Below the pieces are notes generated by a model that did not search any database, was not told the origin of the DNA, and saw only the letters and a program-made list of their open reading frames with translations. DNA of 63,738 nucleotides, the filler included, from Collodictyon triciliatum (lineage: Eukaryota), in the NCBI GenBank assembly GCA_043381765.1. It is 4 parts of 4 records of this genome, joined end to end, with 100 filler letters (N's around TTAATTAATTAA, not from the genome) between each part and the next. Parts side by side here need not be neighbours in the genome. Positions count along the whole stretch, not along the records: positions 1 to 19,681 come from JBHJMP010001282.1; positions 19,782 to 39,450 come from JBHJMP010001283.1; 2 more parts are not named here. The stretch is one strand, 5' to 3'. A program made the position numbers and the translations under genes. The stretch's first letter is position 1, and each line of letters starts with the position of its first letter. Positions 1 to 19,945 of this stretch are shown piece after piece.

Positions 1-267
1 CCTCCTCCTTCTCCCCCGCCTCTGTTTCTGTTGCTCTTGCTCTTGCTCTTGCTCTTGTTCTTGTTCTTGTTCTTGTTCTTGTTCTTGTTCTTGTTCTTGT
101 TCTTGTTCTTGTTCTTGTTCTTGCTCTTGTTCTCTCTCCGCCGCTGTCTCGCTCTCCAGCGCACAGAGAAGGATGCGCAGGTCGGCCAGTCGGCGCTTCG
201 ACTCGCTGATCGGCTCGATTGTGGCTGCGTCCGGTGTCTCCTGCGTGGAGATGCCCTCTCCTGCCAT
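1..267 (-). CDS. 5' part of a hypothetical protein with an (EQ)n repeat; runs off the left edge
   Basis: ATG at 267 on the minus strand opens MAGEGISTQETPDAATIEPISESKRRLADLRILLCALESETAAERE(QE)n... with no stop to position 1. GC-rich codons as in other first exons. Divergent from the gene at 941. Confidence 0.6.
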   Translation of the reverse strand, partial: MAGEGISTQETPDAATIEPISESKRRLADLRILLCALESETAAEREQEQEQEQEQEQEQEQEQEQEQEQEQEQEQEQEQQKQRRGRRRR

Positions 268-940
268 CGGGTTCCTCTTTCTTGTGTTTTAAAAAAAAAA
301 ATGAAAGTATTTATTCTAGTGAGTGTTTGTGGGTGTTAAAGGAAAAGAAACAGTTGTCACATGTTGTTCTTTGATGTGTGTGTGTGGTTGGGTTGTTTGT
401 GACTGATTGTGGTTTATCTTTGCACGGGCAAGAAAAGGAAACGGAAATATCTGTCCAGAAAAGGAATTACACCGGCAGTTATGAAACCGTTGTCTTGGAA
501 AGATTCATAGAAATGGGCCCTATATGGTTTACATATATGGAAAATATAATTTAAGTATATAAAACATTCTAAATATTGTTTATGGCCACTAAATATGTAC
601 ATTAATAATACAATAACTATATTATAGTGCAAATATGGTGCACTTCTTCCATAATATGGGATTTTTCACGCGCTAATGTTTACCTCTATGTCCCGATGGC
701 GCACCCGCTTTTGTCAAAGCAAGATCGGCTTCGTCAAATCAGGATATAGATCACTCTCGCGCCCACGCTCGTGATCTTCTGCTCCGCGCCAGCCGCCCAA
801 GATTCATGATAAAAAAAGTAAAAAAAAAGCAAAAAAAGTAAAAAAAAGTATAAGAAGCAAAAGAAAAAAGGTATCTTCCATCTCACTACTCATGCAGTTT
901 CTTCTTGCCTAGTTGTTGTTTTCCCACCACAGTTTGAGCC

Positions 941-3900
941 ATGGGTTGTAAAGTCGCACTTGCCACGCTTTTTCTCGTCTGCCTCAGCCAGGTGAATTAA
1001 GCAACCCGGTGCGCCATAAGTGATGCACAATTTGTGATGGCCATATTTTTCTTCCTCCTGCTTTTTTCTTCTTTCACAAAAGTAATCGTGTGGTCGTGTT
1101 GCAGTGCCGCGCGGAGGAGCTTTCAGGTAGAAACGACCGCGGGAATTTGGATACTCTCTTTGAGGATGCGCTTGATGCTTACGAGTTTCGCGTGAAATTA
1201 GGGGGTGGGTTAATATTTCAGCAATATAGTTCATGGCGCATGAACACCTAGTCCCTTTCTTTATTTTTAATGCAGTTCATGGTTGATTCCTTTTATCAAA
1301 AAATTCAAGAATGAAGATTTCTTGCTTATTATTAGTATTATTAGTATTAGAATTAGTATTAGTATTATTATATTGTATCATTATGTATTATATCATTAAA
1401 TATTGTATTATTTCGTATATTTTGTCTGAGTCAATCATGTTTGTAACACGAGATATTTTACAAACATTTTTTTCATAAAATATCTTTATTTTTTAAAAAA
1501 AGAACAATCATATATGGATACAGAAAATATATTATACTTTGATATCACCTCTTCATGCATACATAATTTTTAACATTTTTTTTTAAAACAGGGGCTCGCA
1601 TTCCGCAGAATATGCCGAAAGAAGAATGGGTGCTTGGAGGTAACTATTGAAAACTGGTGGATGAGAAGGATTTATTGGAAAATCAGCACAAAATTTCCCC
1701 CATATTATTCAACCAGATAACGTGTGCCTCAACTTATGTAGAAAATATAAAGAATGTGGCCAAGATTCATAATCAGGATAAAGTATATCTACCGATTTTG
1801 ATTAATCTGGTTTTCATTGGATTCTCGGGGAAGGGAAAACACGGTTTACTTTTAGTCTTATTCTCTTCTTTTCAAGTATTTTTTGAATTACTACAGCAAA
1901 ATATGTCCCTTTTTTTTTTTTTTTTAAAAAAAAAGGACCTAGTGCTCGCCATACTACAATTTCTTCACTTACGAATGAATTTTATGCTTTATTTCCATGA
2001 TTAAGATTAGTGTTTTTTTTTTTAGTCATTGACAAATTTTTATCATTCTCATAAATGTAAAAAGAGATAGAGTGATGAAACTCAAACAAAAATAAATTAC
2101 CTCTTTTTTATTTTTATTTTTATGATTATGATTATGATTATGATTATGATTAAAGAAAGCACAATCCCTGCACGCAGGACTCAACATAAGCCAGCCACAA
2201 TTATCTGCATGGATGGAGCATATGACTCACGACACGTCGTTTACCCTGGTTGATCCTCTGAAACCAGAACAGAAAATAATTGACGACCCGATTGGTCATT
2301 ACCGGTCTATAATTTTCCTCCATTATGCATACAAACATAAATACGTTTTTATAATGCATAAAACAATGCATGTGGGTCTTTTACGTTCATTTAAGTTTGA
2401 ATGCTTATAGTAAAGTAAAGATAGTACTAGTTTTTTTTTTCTTGTAAATGCTCCTTATGGGGTGCTTTATGAATTCTTTCAATAATTTTTAACACACACA
2501 TATATGTAGATTCTTTTATGACATATTTGAACTGGACGAAAAGATGGACTCTGTTATTGTAGATTTACTGAAAGGGTTCATGAGAAAGGAAGAGCGAACG
2601 TTAGCAAATTAAATATATTTTTATATTTTAGCAGCATAATATGGAAAATAATCTTTAAAAATTAGCTAATCCTTGCAACTCATAGATTCTACCAGCATAA
2701 AATGGGAATACACATCGGAAAAGATTTCCATTATGTTGATGGGAAAAGGGTCAACAGAATGCTTCAAGACATATCTATCGGCCTAAATCTCAACGATTCA
2801 TACACAATCTTTCTTTTCAACTTGGATCTAGGCCTTCCACAGCATGATGTCTATGGATACCGGTATAATATTATCACCACATATACTATTCTATACTAAA
2901 TCATTTACTTTGAATTTCTCTTCATGCGAAAGAAAAAGTCAGACAGTAACCACAATCTCATCTAAAAGCAATATGCAAACTTTTATACATTAATAGTGCT
3001 GGGTTTTCGCAAAGCGAAATAGCAGATTTACGAGTGGTAATTGATAACAGCCTTTTTCTTTTTTAAAAAATAATAAAAATGGTTGAAATCATTTAAAACA
3101 TTCTACAAATCTGGTCTATTAATGTATTATCATTACATCGTATACAATTTTTTATTTTGTACGATACAACGCATGATTTACTTCAACCTAAAAATCAAAA
3201 ACATATAAACACAAGATGAATATTAAGCGTGACCACGACGAGCCACTGGACCATTTCATCAGAAGTGAAAACATAAAACCAGAAAGTATATATACAAAAG
3301 CAATCATGTTCAAAATTTATTACCCAGATAATATTACTTTGCTAAGCCGGGCGACTTTTAAAGAAGATTCTATATGCCATAATCACTTTCTTCCTTTCTT
3401 TTTTGTAAAAGAAATCCTTTCACACTTTAGGGAAGAAAGAAGGTATCGACGAGAAGATAAAAGTGCGCTCCTCAAAGATTGTGTCATTTTCTGATGTTGG
3501 TTTTTTTTTTATTATAAAAAATATAGATCAACGACAATCCAATCTAAACAATCTAGCATTTCTCTCAAAAATATTAATTCCATAAAATTTACTACAATCT
3601 TTCATTTATATATATGTTTAGGAATGGATCGAACAGTTTCGATCCAAGCAGCACAATGCAATCAATAACTTGAATCTTGTTGCGTACTTTTCCGAGGTCA
3701 GTTGATTGTATTTTTTTAAAAGAAACATTTCCTCTCACGATGTGAAGATTTTCCAGCATAAGCTTAACACACACACATATATATTTTAATTTTTGTTCTT
3801 GTTAAGCGTTAACAACATTGTTTAGGATGCACACATTTTTCCCCCTTCATTCGATTCAAAGTGGTTTTTATGGTGCGTGTAAAACAGGTCGGAAAAAATG

Positions 3901-6900
3901 GCGGTGATGAGGAGCGCCATCTTCTAGACAGCATAGTTTCTGAGTCTTCTACACTGCACGAGGATTGTCTTGTTGACCTTTGGACAGGAAGTGGAAGGTA
4001 TTTACAATAATACACAGCTCATAAACATGCCTATCTAACCAAATCATTTTTCGTATGCTTTAACTCCCTTCCCTCTGACCGATATTAATATATAAATAAT
4101 CTTGTCAACAATAATGAACAAAACCAAAAAAAAAAATGTAGGCAAATGCTCATTGACTTGTCTGCTGGACCATTTGAATGGGGAGCCACTATCAAAGGAA
4201 AAGGGGTTAAGGCAAAATCAACCGTGCCAGATGTTTACTTCACCATGAAACGCTATCAATTCGAAAAGCCAAAAAGTATCCAATTCTTCTCCCAACTTCT
4301 GTCGTAGTGAAGCAATATTGTTTCGAGCTCAAAAGTCTTGCACTGAAGTCATATATCTACACAATTTTTTTTTATTAACCGCGATGAAATAACAGCTTAA
4401 TATACCTATTTATATTCTATGATATTTCTTTATGATCTAGATGTTTCTGCGCAACAACATTCCCCTTTGACATCGCAATTGAGGAATGCACTGAACGCAG
4501 AACGGGATATTGCTATGGAATTCTACAACAAATATTGCTCAAATATATCCAAGAAACCGCCATTTTGTCGCTGTGAGAATTATTTCCTTATTTTTACACA
4601 CACAAAAAATGATGATACAGATGCCTATATATTTGGTTTTGCATTGTTATTCATGAGAGCTTGGCATTTCATTAGCAATGGAGCAGCGCATCGATGAGAT
4701 GAACAAAGTCAAAAGCAGTACCGACACAAAGGCTTTATCTGCTGCTGTGCGAGACTTTGGTATAATTGCTGCAGATCAGGTATTTGCCTATGTTGTATAC
4801 TGTATAGTCTCTCAAAAAAAGGTTTACGTGACTATCCAAAAACAGTGAGTTTGTAAGGTATGAATGTTTTATAGAAATGGGGGCATACACGACTTATTTC
4901 TGTGCTCTTATTTTCTATAGAGAACTGATAATGACAACCACCCTTCAATCGATTCATTTCTATCTCATCTTGGAAGCGTCATTTCGAAAGGAATCACCCA
5001 GACAATCACACCCACATCAACGTTGCCTAGAGTTTTTGCCAGGGAAAAAGTCACCTTTGAATTGTACATTATAAGTAATCACAAGGTTCACTCTTTTTTT
5101 TTTTCCATCAAATATTTTGATAGATAAATATTAAACAATAATTGACCCTTTATGACGATATCATCGCAGCAGCTATGAGAGCAAATACTTCAAATTATGA
5201 AACACAGTCCGAAACGAATAAATGATTTTTTTTTCATTTGTACTCACGTTCAGTACACATATGCAAAACAAGAGGTGTTCTAAAATGAATTTTCCATGTG
5301 CAACATAGTCTTACAAATCCACCTCAGTTCACAACTTCGATTTGGGAACCTTTCGGACACAATTAAATCAATTGAAACTACCGAAACAAGATTACTCATT
5401 CGTCATCCACAGGTTTGATAGCACACATAGGCAAAGTCTGTGTCCTTACTTTATTGCTTGATATATTACCTTGCTTATTTTTCAATAAAGTCTTATTTAT
5501 TTGACGCATTATATATGCTCTATTGTTCTGCGTAGTTAAACAATAAACAAAGATTGACCATCATTACCTACCAGAATTTCGATGGACGAAGATCCAATCA
5601 TCTCTGTTGCATTTTCTACGGCACTCAAGTCTGATATGGTCGGGCTCATTGATCCACAAGGGCGCTTCCGGTCCGAAGAACGAGTTTATATCGACTCTGT
5701 CCAATTCCGTCGACAACTGACGCTGACCAGTGATATGCTTGAAAAAGGTCCTTCTTACTATATACATTTACACTACTAGCGATGAACAAAAATTAAATTC
5801 ATATGTATGATGATTGCTTCTCTATTCTTTACATGACGCTAAAAGCTTTTCATCGTCGCCCAATTTTTTTTTTTTTAAAGATGAGCATGATGCGTCAAAG
5901 AGTCTCCGGATTCCTATATTTTTGTTTTCTCTTGATTATTCATATCCCGTTCTTGTGGATAAGTATTACCAGGTATCAGCGCTATCCCGTAGCGATGTCA
6001 ATACCCAATCGTAATTAGCATCCATGCGCTATTAAACTTTCTGATTTTTGTAATACAAGGCCCAGTCTTTGGGGTCCATGGTTGTTGCTGTGCAATCGCG
6101 GCATATAAAATGGGAAACAAGCCTTGTTTGCAACGAGATTCCTATTTTCTGGAATTTGAGGTCTTTCTCTTTCTCTTTCTCTTTTTCTTTTTCTTTTTCT
6201 TTTTCTTTCGTTTATTTTTCTAGTATACACTTGTCACCAATCTAATTCAGTCGAAATGCTGATGCATTTATATAATTATCATTATTTCTGACGTGTATGA
6301 AAGGAAGAATAAAAAAATATATATTTCTGACATGCACCTGTCCAGAAATCCCACAAAAGCGACGCTGTCGGCCGTAGCTCAGATTCTAGGGGGCGTGAAC
6401 ACTTTTTGGTTGTCTTCAGGAGAACCAGAGGAAACAAAATACCAGGTACCACTCAGCAACAAGTGCGAGAGTAACATCATAAATGTCATGGAGCAGATAG
6501 CCTTCCAGCGATCTATCTCTACAAGTATACCCTTTGGCGATATCGATTGCTCATTTGATGAAACCACACGAATGATTGATTTGATGCAGGACTGGGTTTG
6601 GTCGGTTGGTTCGCATCCTCTTGCGTTTACGTCGCATAGATCTACGTTTAGTGCCATCACGATAGATGCTGTACACCGTAATTACGTTATGAATGGGCTG
6701 ATTAATTCCATCAAAGTCGTTACGAACGCAAACGATCTCCTCCACAAGCAAAGAACAAGTAACAAAAACCACCAAATTCAATTATTTATAGGGTTCTTTC
6801 CGATAATAGCATCCTGTAAGAATAAATCTATCTTCTATAGCCCCCGAAAACTTTGGTGCTTTTGAGTTGATTCATTTGGAGCATTTGAATCAATTGCACA

Positions 6901-7389
6901 CAAAAATCGTTCGAATGCGCGCTGCGGTAATAATATTCTTTCATGAATATACAAGAATATATTTTTGTAAGTTTCTAGCTGTGAATATTTCGTAAAGTGT
7001 GTGTTATCTAATTAGGTTAGATGAGTTATTAGCTAATTATCGTGTAGATTGTCTCGCTTGTCTCTAGTGGAAAATTGGATAAGGCTGTGTCCTTAGTATC
7101 ACACTTGTTGGAAAATTCATATGAGTAATGATTATTCCTGCGCTCAAGATGTATTTTTCTCTCCTGATTATGTACCCATAACAAGCTCGAATAATATGCC
7201 GATTAACTATGTTATTACCCTAGATACTCCTCAGTATCTGAGAACGTAGTAACAACTCTTGTGACATACGAATGCGTCAAAGCTGATTCGGTCGATTTCC
7301 TATCACCCATTATGATTTCTCTCGATGTAGTCATCATCTTGCTTTTAGTGTTGCTAAGAGCACGCAAATCGAAGGTCAAGCTTAACTAA
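941..7389 (+). CDS. KNS3: KNS3/SPOT1/IEF (Arabidopsis At5g58100-like) family type-I membrane protein, multi-exon
   Basis: Signal peptide MGCKVALATLFLVCLSQ. Exons encode recognisable family blocks in order: YLPILINLVFIGFSGKG, LIDLSAGPFEWGATIKGKGVK, LNAERDIAMEFYNKYC, MDEDPIISVAFSTA...YIDSVQFRRQL, PVLVDKYYQ, QDWVWSVGSHPLAFTS...AVHRNYV. C-terminal TM then RARKSKVKLN-stop (TAA 7387-7389). Some internal exon boundaries are unresolved. Confidence 0.8.
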
Positions 7390-9462
7390 GCTGCACACAA
7401 CTTTTGAACAAAAGGCTGCAGGAAACAGAGATAACAAATCAAACAAATCAAACAAATCAAACAAATCGAATCAAAACAAAACAAAACAAAACAAAAACGC
7501 CACCTTTACCACAAGATTTTCCATTTAATTGTGAAGAACGAAAGAAAAAGAAAGAAAGAAAAGGTGAACTATAAAAAAAAAAAAAAACGGATACATAAAT
7601 AAGATTGTGCAATTCTGAGAGGGACGAAAGTAAGCAGTAAGTACAAACTCACAAAAACTATAATCATGAAATGATACGATTAGACCTTCACACACCCAAC
7701 AAACAGTCTTGATACATCAATCAACTCCCGAGAGTGGGGCGTTGGCAACAGGGGTTTCGAAAGAGTGGTCTTGCCTGCCAGAGAACGCTGAACTTAAAAC
7801 AAAAAGTTTAGAAAAGTATCTGTCGTTGCAGGAAAAAAACAAACAGCTGAGCCGTTGTGGCATGAATCGGCAGCGAGTTGCAAGCTGTTATCCCAGAAGG
7901 CCAATGGGAATCCTACTCTGCCGCACATAGCAAGCCACTAAGGCAACGCATATGAAACTGAATGAGTGTTGTCTTCTGGCTTGGCATCGCTCCTCTCTCT
8001 TTTTTTTCCCTTCCTTTTGCGCATCAGTCAAAGCAAACAACAACAAAAAGAGAAAAAGAGATTATTGCTTGGTTGGCAAACAATCCAGTTAAAGCGAGAG
8101 AATCTCGAATCAAAAAACAATCAAAGAAAAAAGAAGAGAGAACAGCCCTCAAACCGTCAGGTTGCGCATGATCGGCCCAAAGCAACCAACAAAAGCAACC
8201 AACAAAAGCAACCAACAAAGGCAACCAAAGAGAAAAAAAAAAGGTGCACGATAGAATAGAAGATGGGATACATATCAAACATGACAGCCCGAATTCCGTT
8301 TAACTGTGGGCCAGCAGTGACTGCCACCTCGAACATGCCGACCAGAAGGAATGGCTTCTGGCGACCCACACTTTCACTTTGAGATAGCCTGAGAGGCGAG
8401 TCCATGACCGATGATGCATCTTAAATATGAAATCATCTATATATCCAGCGGTCGACCAGCGGCTATTTCTCCGGCTCATTGTGAAAAAGAGGATACAAAC
8501 ATTCACCAGGAACTCTCGCTCGCAAACAAGGCAGTTGGTAATGACCTCCAGGCTTTCTATTGCTATTCCTAACTTACTTACTTAGTTACTCATTTACATA
8601 GTAGACACCAAAACATCGTTGCTGTTTCAATTATCACAAACAAGCATTACACGTTTCTGGCAATTTTTTTAATTGATTCCTTTCGTTGTAACATTCGTAC
8701 AAAATAAAAACCTTACGAAAGGAGTCAATACTTTTCCCCCCGCGTCCTTTCTAGATCTGGTGACACAGATATTCTTCCTCTAAAACTCAAGTGTTTCAAG
8801 GGCCAAAAGGTTGAGCCAGGGAGGGATTGTAAGTTTAGTTTCAGATGTACAATTTTAATTATTTTTTTATATTATCGTTCTCTTTGCCTTGTTTTGATGA
8901 CTCATCAGATAGTTGGTTGATCAATATGAAGAGAAGATAATGGTTTAAGAATTACGATTGTAGACTGTAAACTTCATTAATTCAAAGCATACAACAAATA
9001 AATAAGCATTTTAAAAATTAATATCTGCACCACTGTTTTCGACTACAACCGAGGTTGCCAGCATATTTCTCAAAAAACAACTACAACAACCACTATAAAC
9101 TCGATAATAGTCGGTATGAATTTTAAACTCATTAAACATCTTATTTCTAGGTCACATAAAAAAAAAGCCGTTTTCTCGCCAAATATTGAAGTGCGACTCC
9201 ATTTATCCTACTACGAATTTTTAGAGGAGAAAACAATGACTGGGTAAAAAACTAGTTTGTTCGTAGAATATTGGGATATTCATGTCATTTTCGAAATTAA
9301 ATTTTAACCGACAAAATCTAAAGCAGAAAAACCGCTGGTGTGTTAAAATTATGTATACGTCTTTTTTTGCTTTGCTTGGCGTGCACATCTCTCTGTGGAG
9401 AACTTGAAAATGATGAAGGGTGAGTGGCACATCAAATATTTTTGGGATTGGTTCTTTCATGA

Positions 9463-9568
9463 AAACAAACAAACAAACAAACAAACAAACAAACAAACAA
9501 ACAAACAAACAAACAAACAAACAAACAAACAAACAAACAAACAAACAAACAAACAAACAAACAAACAA
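9463..9568. repeat. (AAAC)n microsatellite
   Basis: Directly visible. Confidence 0.95.
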
Positions 9569-9642
9569 TTTCTTACTTTCAATAAATCGATAGCGTTATT
9601 GAAAGGAATGCTTGTCAGTATACACGAACTGAACTATTATCC

Positions 9643-15692
<6,050 letters not shown>

Positions 15693-16315
15693 AAATCCCA
15701 TAAAAGAACGCTTGTGCGGCAAACATCACTGCTTTGTCAACGCGCATTGCACAAGCCGAAAACGAAAATGAGCGGCGCTGGGCTCTTCATGCCTTATATG
15801 TATTCCACATGTGTATTTCTTCATTGAATGTTTATCTTCCTTTCATTCTCGCTTTGTTGTCGCCGAAGTATCAGCTCTTTGCTTTGCTCCAGAACAACCT
15901 GCTCTTAAACAAAAGGCCAAATGCTCGCAGGGCGCCCACACCAGACAGCAGCCTTTTGCTGGGTGAACGTTAAAAGTATAAAATCCAAAATAAATAAATA
16001 AATAAATAAATAAATAGATAAATAAAAATGAAATCAAAAAAAGAAGTCAGAAAGTAGAAGATATTACAATAGTATAAAAAAGAAATATATGTTTGGGGGC
16101 TCTTGGCTACACTTTTCTTTTCTTTTCTTCTTTTCTTCTCTTGGCTACACTTTTCTTTTCTTTTCTTTTCTCCTTTTCTTTTCTTTTCTTTCTTATTAAG
16201 CACTTTCTACCTTGGGGTTTCCGCTGCTGAGATGTTATTTATTTACTTCATCATATCATAGTTTTGCCCATATCTTTGAAAGGAATAACCGGAAGACGAA
16301 TCAATCTTGGGCAAC

Positions 16316-19300
16316 ATGGTGAATCCGGCTACTTTTCGAATCGTGTCGGTGTCCTCTGAGGGAGACGCGAACAAAGGTTTGGACATCGCTTCTTTCCTAA
16401 ACGTGTGTGTGTGTTTACAGGCTTATTTTTTTGAGGAGGTTGCTGTACAAATTATATTATGCTGTACTTTAATTATTTCTTTATTGTATTCTCCTCTTCC
16501 ATGGTAGCAATCAACCTGACTCGTAGGGATTCGACTGTCCCTTGGATTACTCTGAATCCAGAAAAGCGGGCACAGGTTGAAGTAGAACTCAGTAGGCCTG
16601 GGATCTTGGCTGGACTTGATATAGGTTATCCTGAATTATTTATTTTACTCCGATTACTTTCTTCAAATTGGTTCATATGCTTCCCCATGCAATTATAGAC
16701 TTCTTTTAGTTCTCAAACTAAAGGTGCAAATATAATCTCCATGCCTCGTATCTATGATGCACATTAGGGAACTACGGGGCAGCTTTCCTTGATGTGAAAG
16801 TATCATCTGTGGAGAAGGGTGTGGACAGCTTCATGAACTTGATGGGGACTTTGGTATGGAGCTCTATAAGAGTATTGCGCACGCTAATTTTTAATGTGAT
16901 GATTTGATATTGGCACATTTATTTTTTGTAAACAAAGAAAAAAGAAGCAAATCATGAGTTATCTTTTCGCACAAACTGAGTTCCTATGTATCGATATAGA
17001 ATGTCCGGACCATGAAGGAGATCAAAGAAGGGTCAAATATCAGTGCAGAAACGGTGCTGAAACAAGAGCGATTCACGCGCAATGTTATGAACACAGAGAT
17101 ATCGAGAGTTCAGATCACACTTATTCAGCCCTATCCGCCAACTGACAGGATAGGTGAGCGCTTTGCTTTCAAATCTACAGATTCAACCATTTATCATGAA
17201 ATAAAAATTATCTTTTGTTTAATCTATAATTCATTCCCTCAAAAAATTTAAGGACTCAGCTATTTGCGTATTTACACCAGCGATGGAACTTCAATTGTAA
17301 ATGGTTATCTAATTCGAAGACCATATGTAATCGATTTAGTGATGTACTTACTTTTCTTCTTCTTCTTTCCCTTTTTTGTTGGATATTGTAGTCTCCTTCG
17401 AACCCGTCTCAGAAAATGAATCCACTATCACCTTCGAAGCCTTTACTTGCTACAAATCAGGCAACACCACCACTCTCAATATCGCCTCAGAAAAACGCAT
17501 CGAAGGGTCAAGATGACGGCCTTCCAGAATCATCTTCGATTAAGGCCTCGCGAGCACTGCCATCTTCGTTCGTCGCCAAAGTTCAAAAGAGACCAGAGTT
17601 TGACGACCAGAGTTCTTCATCATCCTCTATAGTTGAAATACAGAAAGAATCACGCCTGTCGTACGGTGAAATTGGCGACGTTAAGAAGGAAAATGTCTCT
17701 GCATCCCAAAAGATTTCATCCAAACCACCAGAAAATGTTTCCACATCTCAGAAGGTTTCATCCAAACCACCAGAAAATGCCACTGCATCCCAAAAGATTT
17801 CATCCAAACCACCAGAAAATGTTCCCGCATCTCAGAAGATTTCATCCAAACCACCAGAAAATGTTTCCACTGCATCCCAAAAGATTTCATCCAAACCACC
17901 AGAAAATGTTTCCACATCTCAGAAGGTTTCATCCAAACCACCAGAAAATACTACTGCATCCCAAAAGATTTCATCCAAACCACCAGAAAATGTTCCCGCA
18001 TCTCAGAAGATTTCATCCAAATCACAAACAACCAACAGCAGAAATAGTGTTTCTGAGACGACACAAAGTGAAAAAATTTCGACTCAAACAGCGTTTAAAC
18101 ATATTCTAGTGAGTATAGTTGGAATGCTCATAACATCTTTTTCCGCTCTGTTACTTATCATTGGGTTTTTTCTTTTCTTACATCTGTATTCAAAATAGAT
18201 GAGGTATTTCGCAAAATTCTGACATGTCAGATAGCTTCACTCGCATACTTTACAATACTTTCCCTGCATATGTCCATCCCTAAATCATTTATTCAATGCA
18301 TATTTTTTTCTATGCGGACAGAAAGGTGTCGTTATTGTAATCAGTGGTATCGGAAATCCGGAGCGAGCAGAGCTTCGCAAAATGGCACTAGATATGGGTG
18401 CCGCCTACAAAAATGACTGGACTCATGATTCGACGCATCTGGTATGCGCGTTCACAGGGACAACAAAACAAAAAGATGCAATAAGTAATTCTCTTAATTT
18501 TGTGTTCATTCATCGCTTTACAAATCCTCTAGTGCCATGGCAGCTTCACGATATTTTGCAGTTTCTTCTATTTTATTTTATATCAACGGTGCTCCACGAA
18601 CTAATTATTTTCATTTTGTATCTGTATGCGTAAAAAGGTGCAGGGGGCATGGTTGTCAAAAAAGAGTGGGTCATTCAATGTCACAAACAAGGTCGAAGAT
18701 TGGATGAAAGGCTGTTTTCGTTCATGACTTCTGCAGCAGCACCCACAAAGCCACCGACACGAGCACAACGATCACCATCGTACGCATTTATATGTATATA
18801 TATATATATATTTGGCTTTTAATAATCGTGAATCATAATTGTAACCGCTCATCTATGAAATATGAATCGAAAATTATGATGGAATAGGCCAGTGAGAACT
18901 TCTGATGGTTTGCTGTTTACTTTTACTTTTACTTTTACTTTTACTTTTACTTTTACTTTTACTTTTACTTTTACTTTTACTTTTACTTTTACTTTCTATC
19001 ATATTATAATATTTTGTTTCGCTTATTTTGTTTTGGTTTTCAGCCACACTGTCATATTTTATGAGTAATACAGTGGAGAGAATGGAAAAACGAGAACTTC
19101 ATGCACCTTTTTATGTTTTATAATATATTCTCATGTATATGGAAAATAGCAGGGTCAAAAATTGTGGACACTAGTGACTTTGCCATCGTAAGTATACTTA
19201 CAATTCCTTCGACTTGTTCAATTACAAAGTAGAATCGTTTTGGAAAAAATTGAAGAAAATATTAGAGCTGAGACAATTATTCCAATAGGATTATGATGAA

Positions 19301-19466
19301 GACGAAGATGCCGATTTTTTGGCTGCCTTAGAAGCTTCAAAATTCACGAGTGGTATCACCGAGCGAGACACACGGAAGAGAAATGTCTCAGAAGTAATGA
19401 TGACGTATTCGTCTGATGACGATGCCAAAGCGAAGAAAAAGCCGCACAGAGATGTAATAACTCGAA
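16316..19466 (+). CDS. XRCC1: DNA repair scaffold XRCC1 (N-terminal domain + BRCT1); 3' end lost in the gap
   Basis: NTD-like blocks IVSVSSE, LAGLDIG|NYGAAFLDV, RVQITLIQPY...IG|LSYLRIY. BRCT1 KGVVIVISGIGNPERAELRKMALDMGAAYKNDWTHDSTHLVCAFTGT...GGMVVKKEWVIQC closely matches XRCC1 BRCT1. Confidence 0.88.
17689..18021 (+). repeat. Coding minisatellite, eight units of about 42 bp (ENVSASQKISSKPP), inside XRCC1
   Basis: Directly visible repeats of TCATCCAAACCACCAGAAAAT; one unit is 45 bp. Confidence 0.95.
18916..18994. repeat. (TTTTAC)n intronic microsatellite
   Basis: Directly visible. Confidence 0.9.
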
Positions 19467-19681
19467 GTTTGCCATTCACATTTTTCTTTCTGAAGTAGCG
19501 GCGCAATTTCATAGCGACATGATAATGAATTACTATTATTACTATCATTACTATGATGATTATGATTATTACTATTACTATCATTACTATCATTACTATC
19601 ATTACTATCATTACTATGATGATTATGATTATTAAAACTTTATTTCAGTATTAATTTGAACCGGGCTCATCTCTCGAATTT

Positions 19682-19781
19682 NNNNNNNNNNNNNNNNNNN
19701 NNNNNNNNNNNNNNNNNNNNNNNNNTTAATTAATTAANNNNNNNNNNNNNNNNNNNNNNNNNNNNNNNNNNNNNNNNNNNN
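19682..19781. other. Artificial contig-joining spacer (N44-TTAATTAATTAA-N44)
   Basis: Six-frame stop linker inside Ns; identical at all three gaps. Confidence 0.95.
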
Positions 19782-19856
<75 letters not shown>

Positions 19857-19945
19857 AACCAAAAACCAACCAAAAACCAACCAAAAAAAAAACTAAAAAA
19901 ACCGATTGCGTAAAGGCTACGATGCATTCTTATATTTTGTTGAAC

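Noticed and set aside
31-339. Plus-strand ORF with poly-(LF) hydrophobic stretch
   Set aside because: Antisense shadow of the minus-strand (EQ)n coding repeat.
17689-18021. Regular repeats resembling a CRISPR array
   Set aside because: The 'spacers' are near-identical, the array is in frame within a eukaryotic exon, and there are no cas genes.
19726-19737. Recurrent TTAATTAATTAA palindrome at three positions
   Set aside because: Assembly linker embedded in Ns, not biological.
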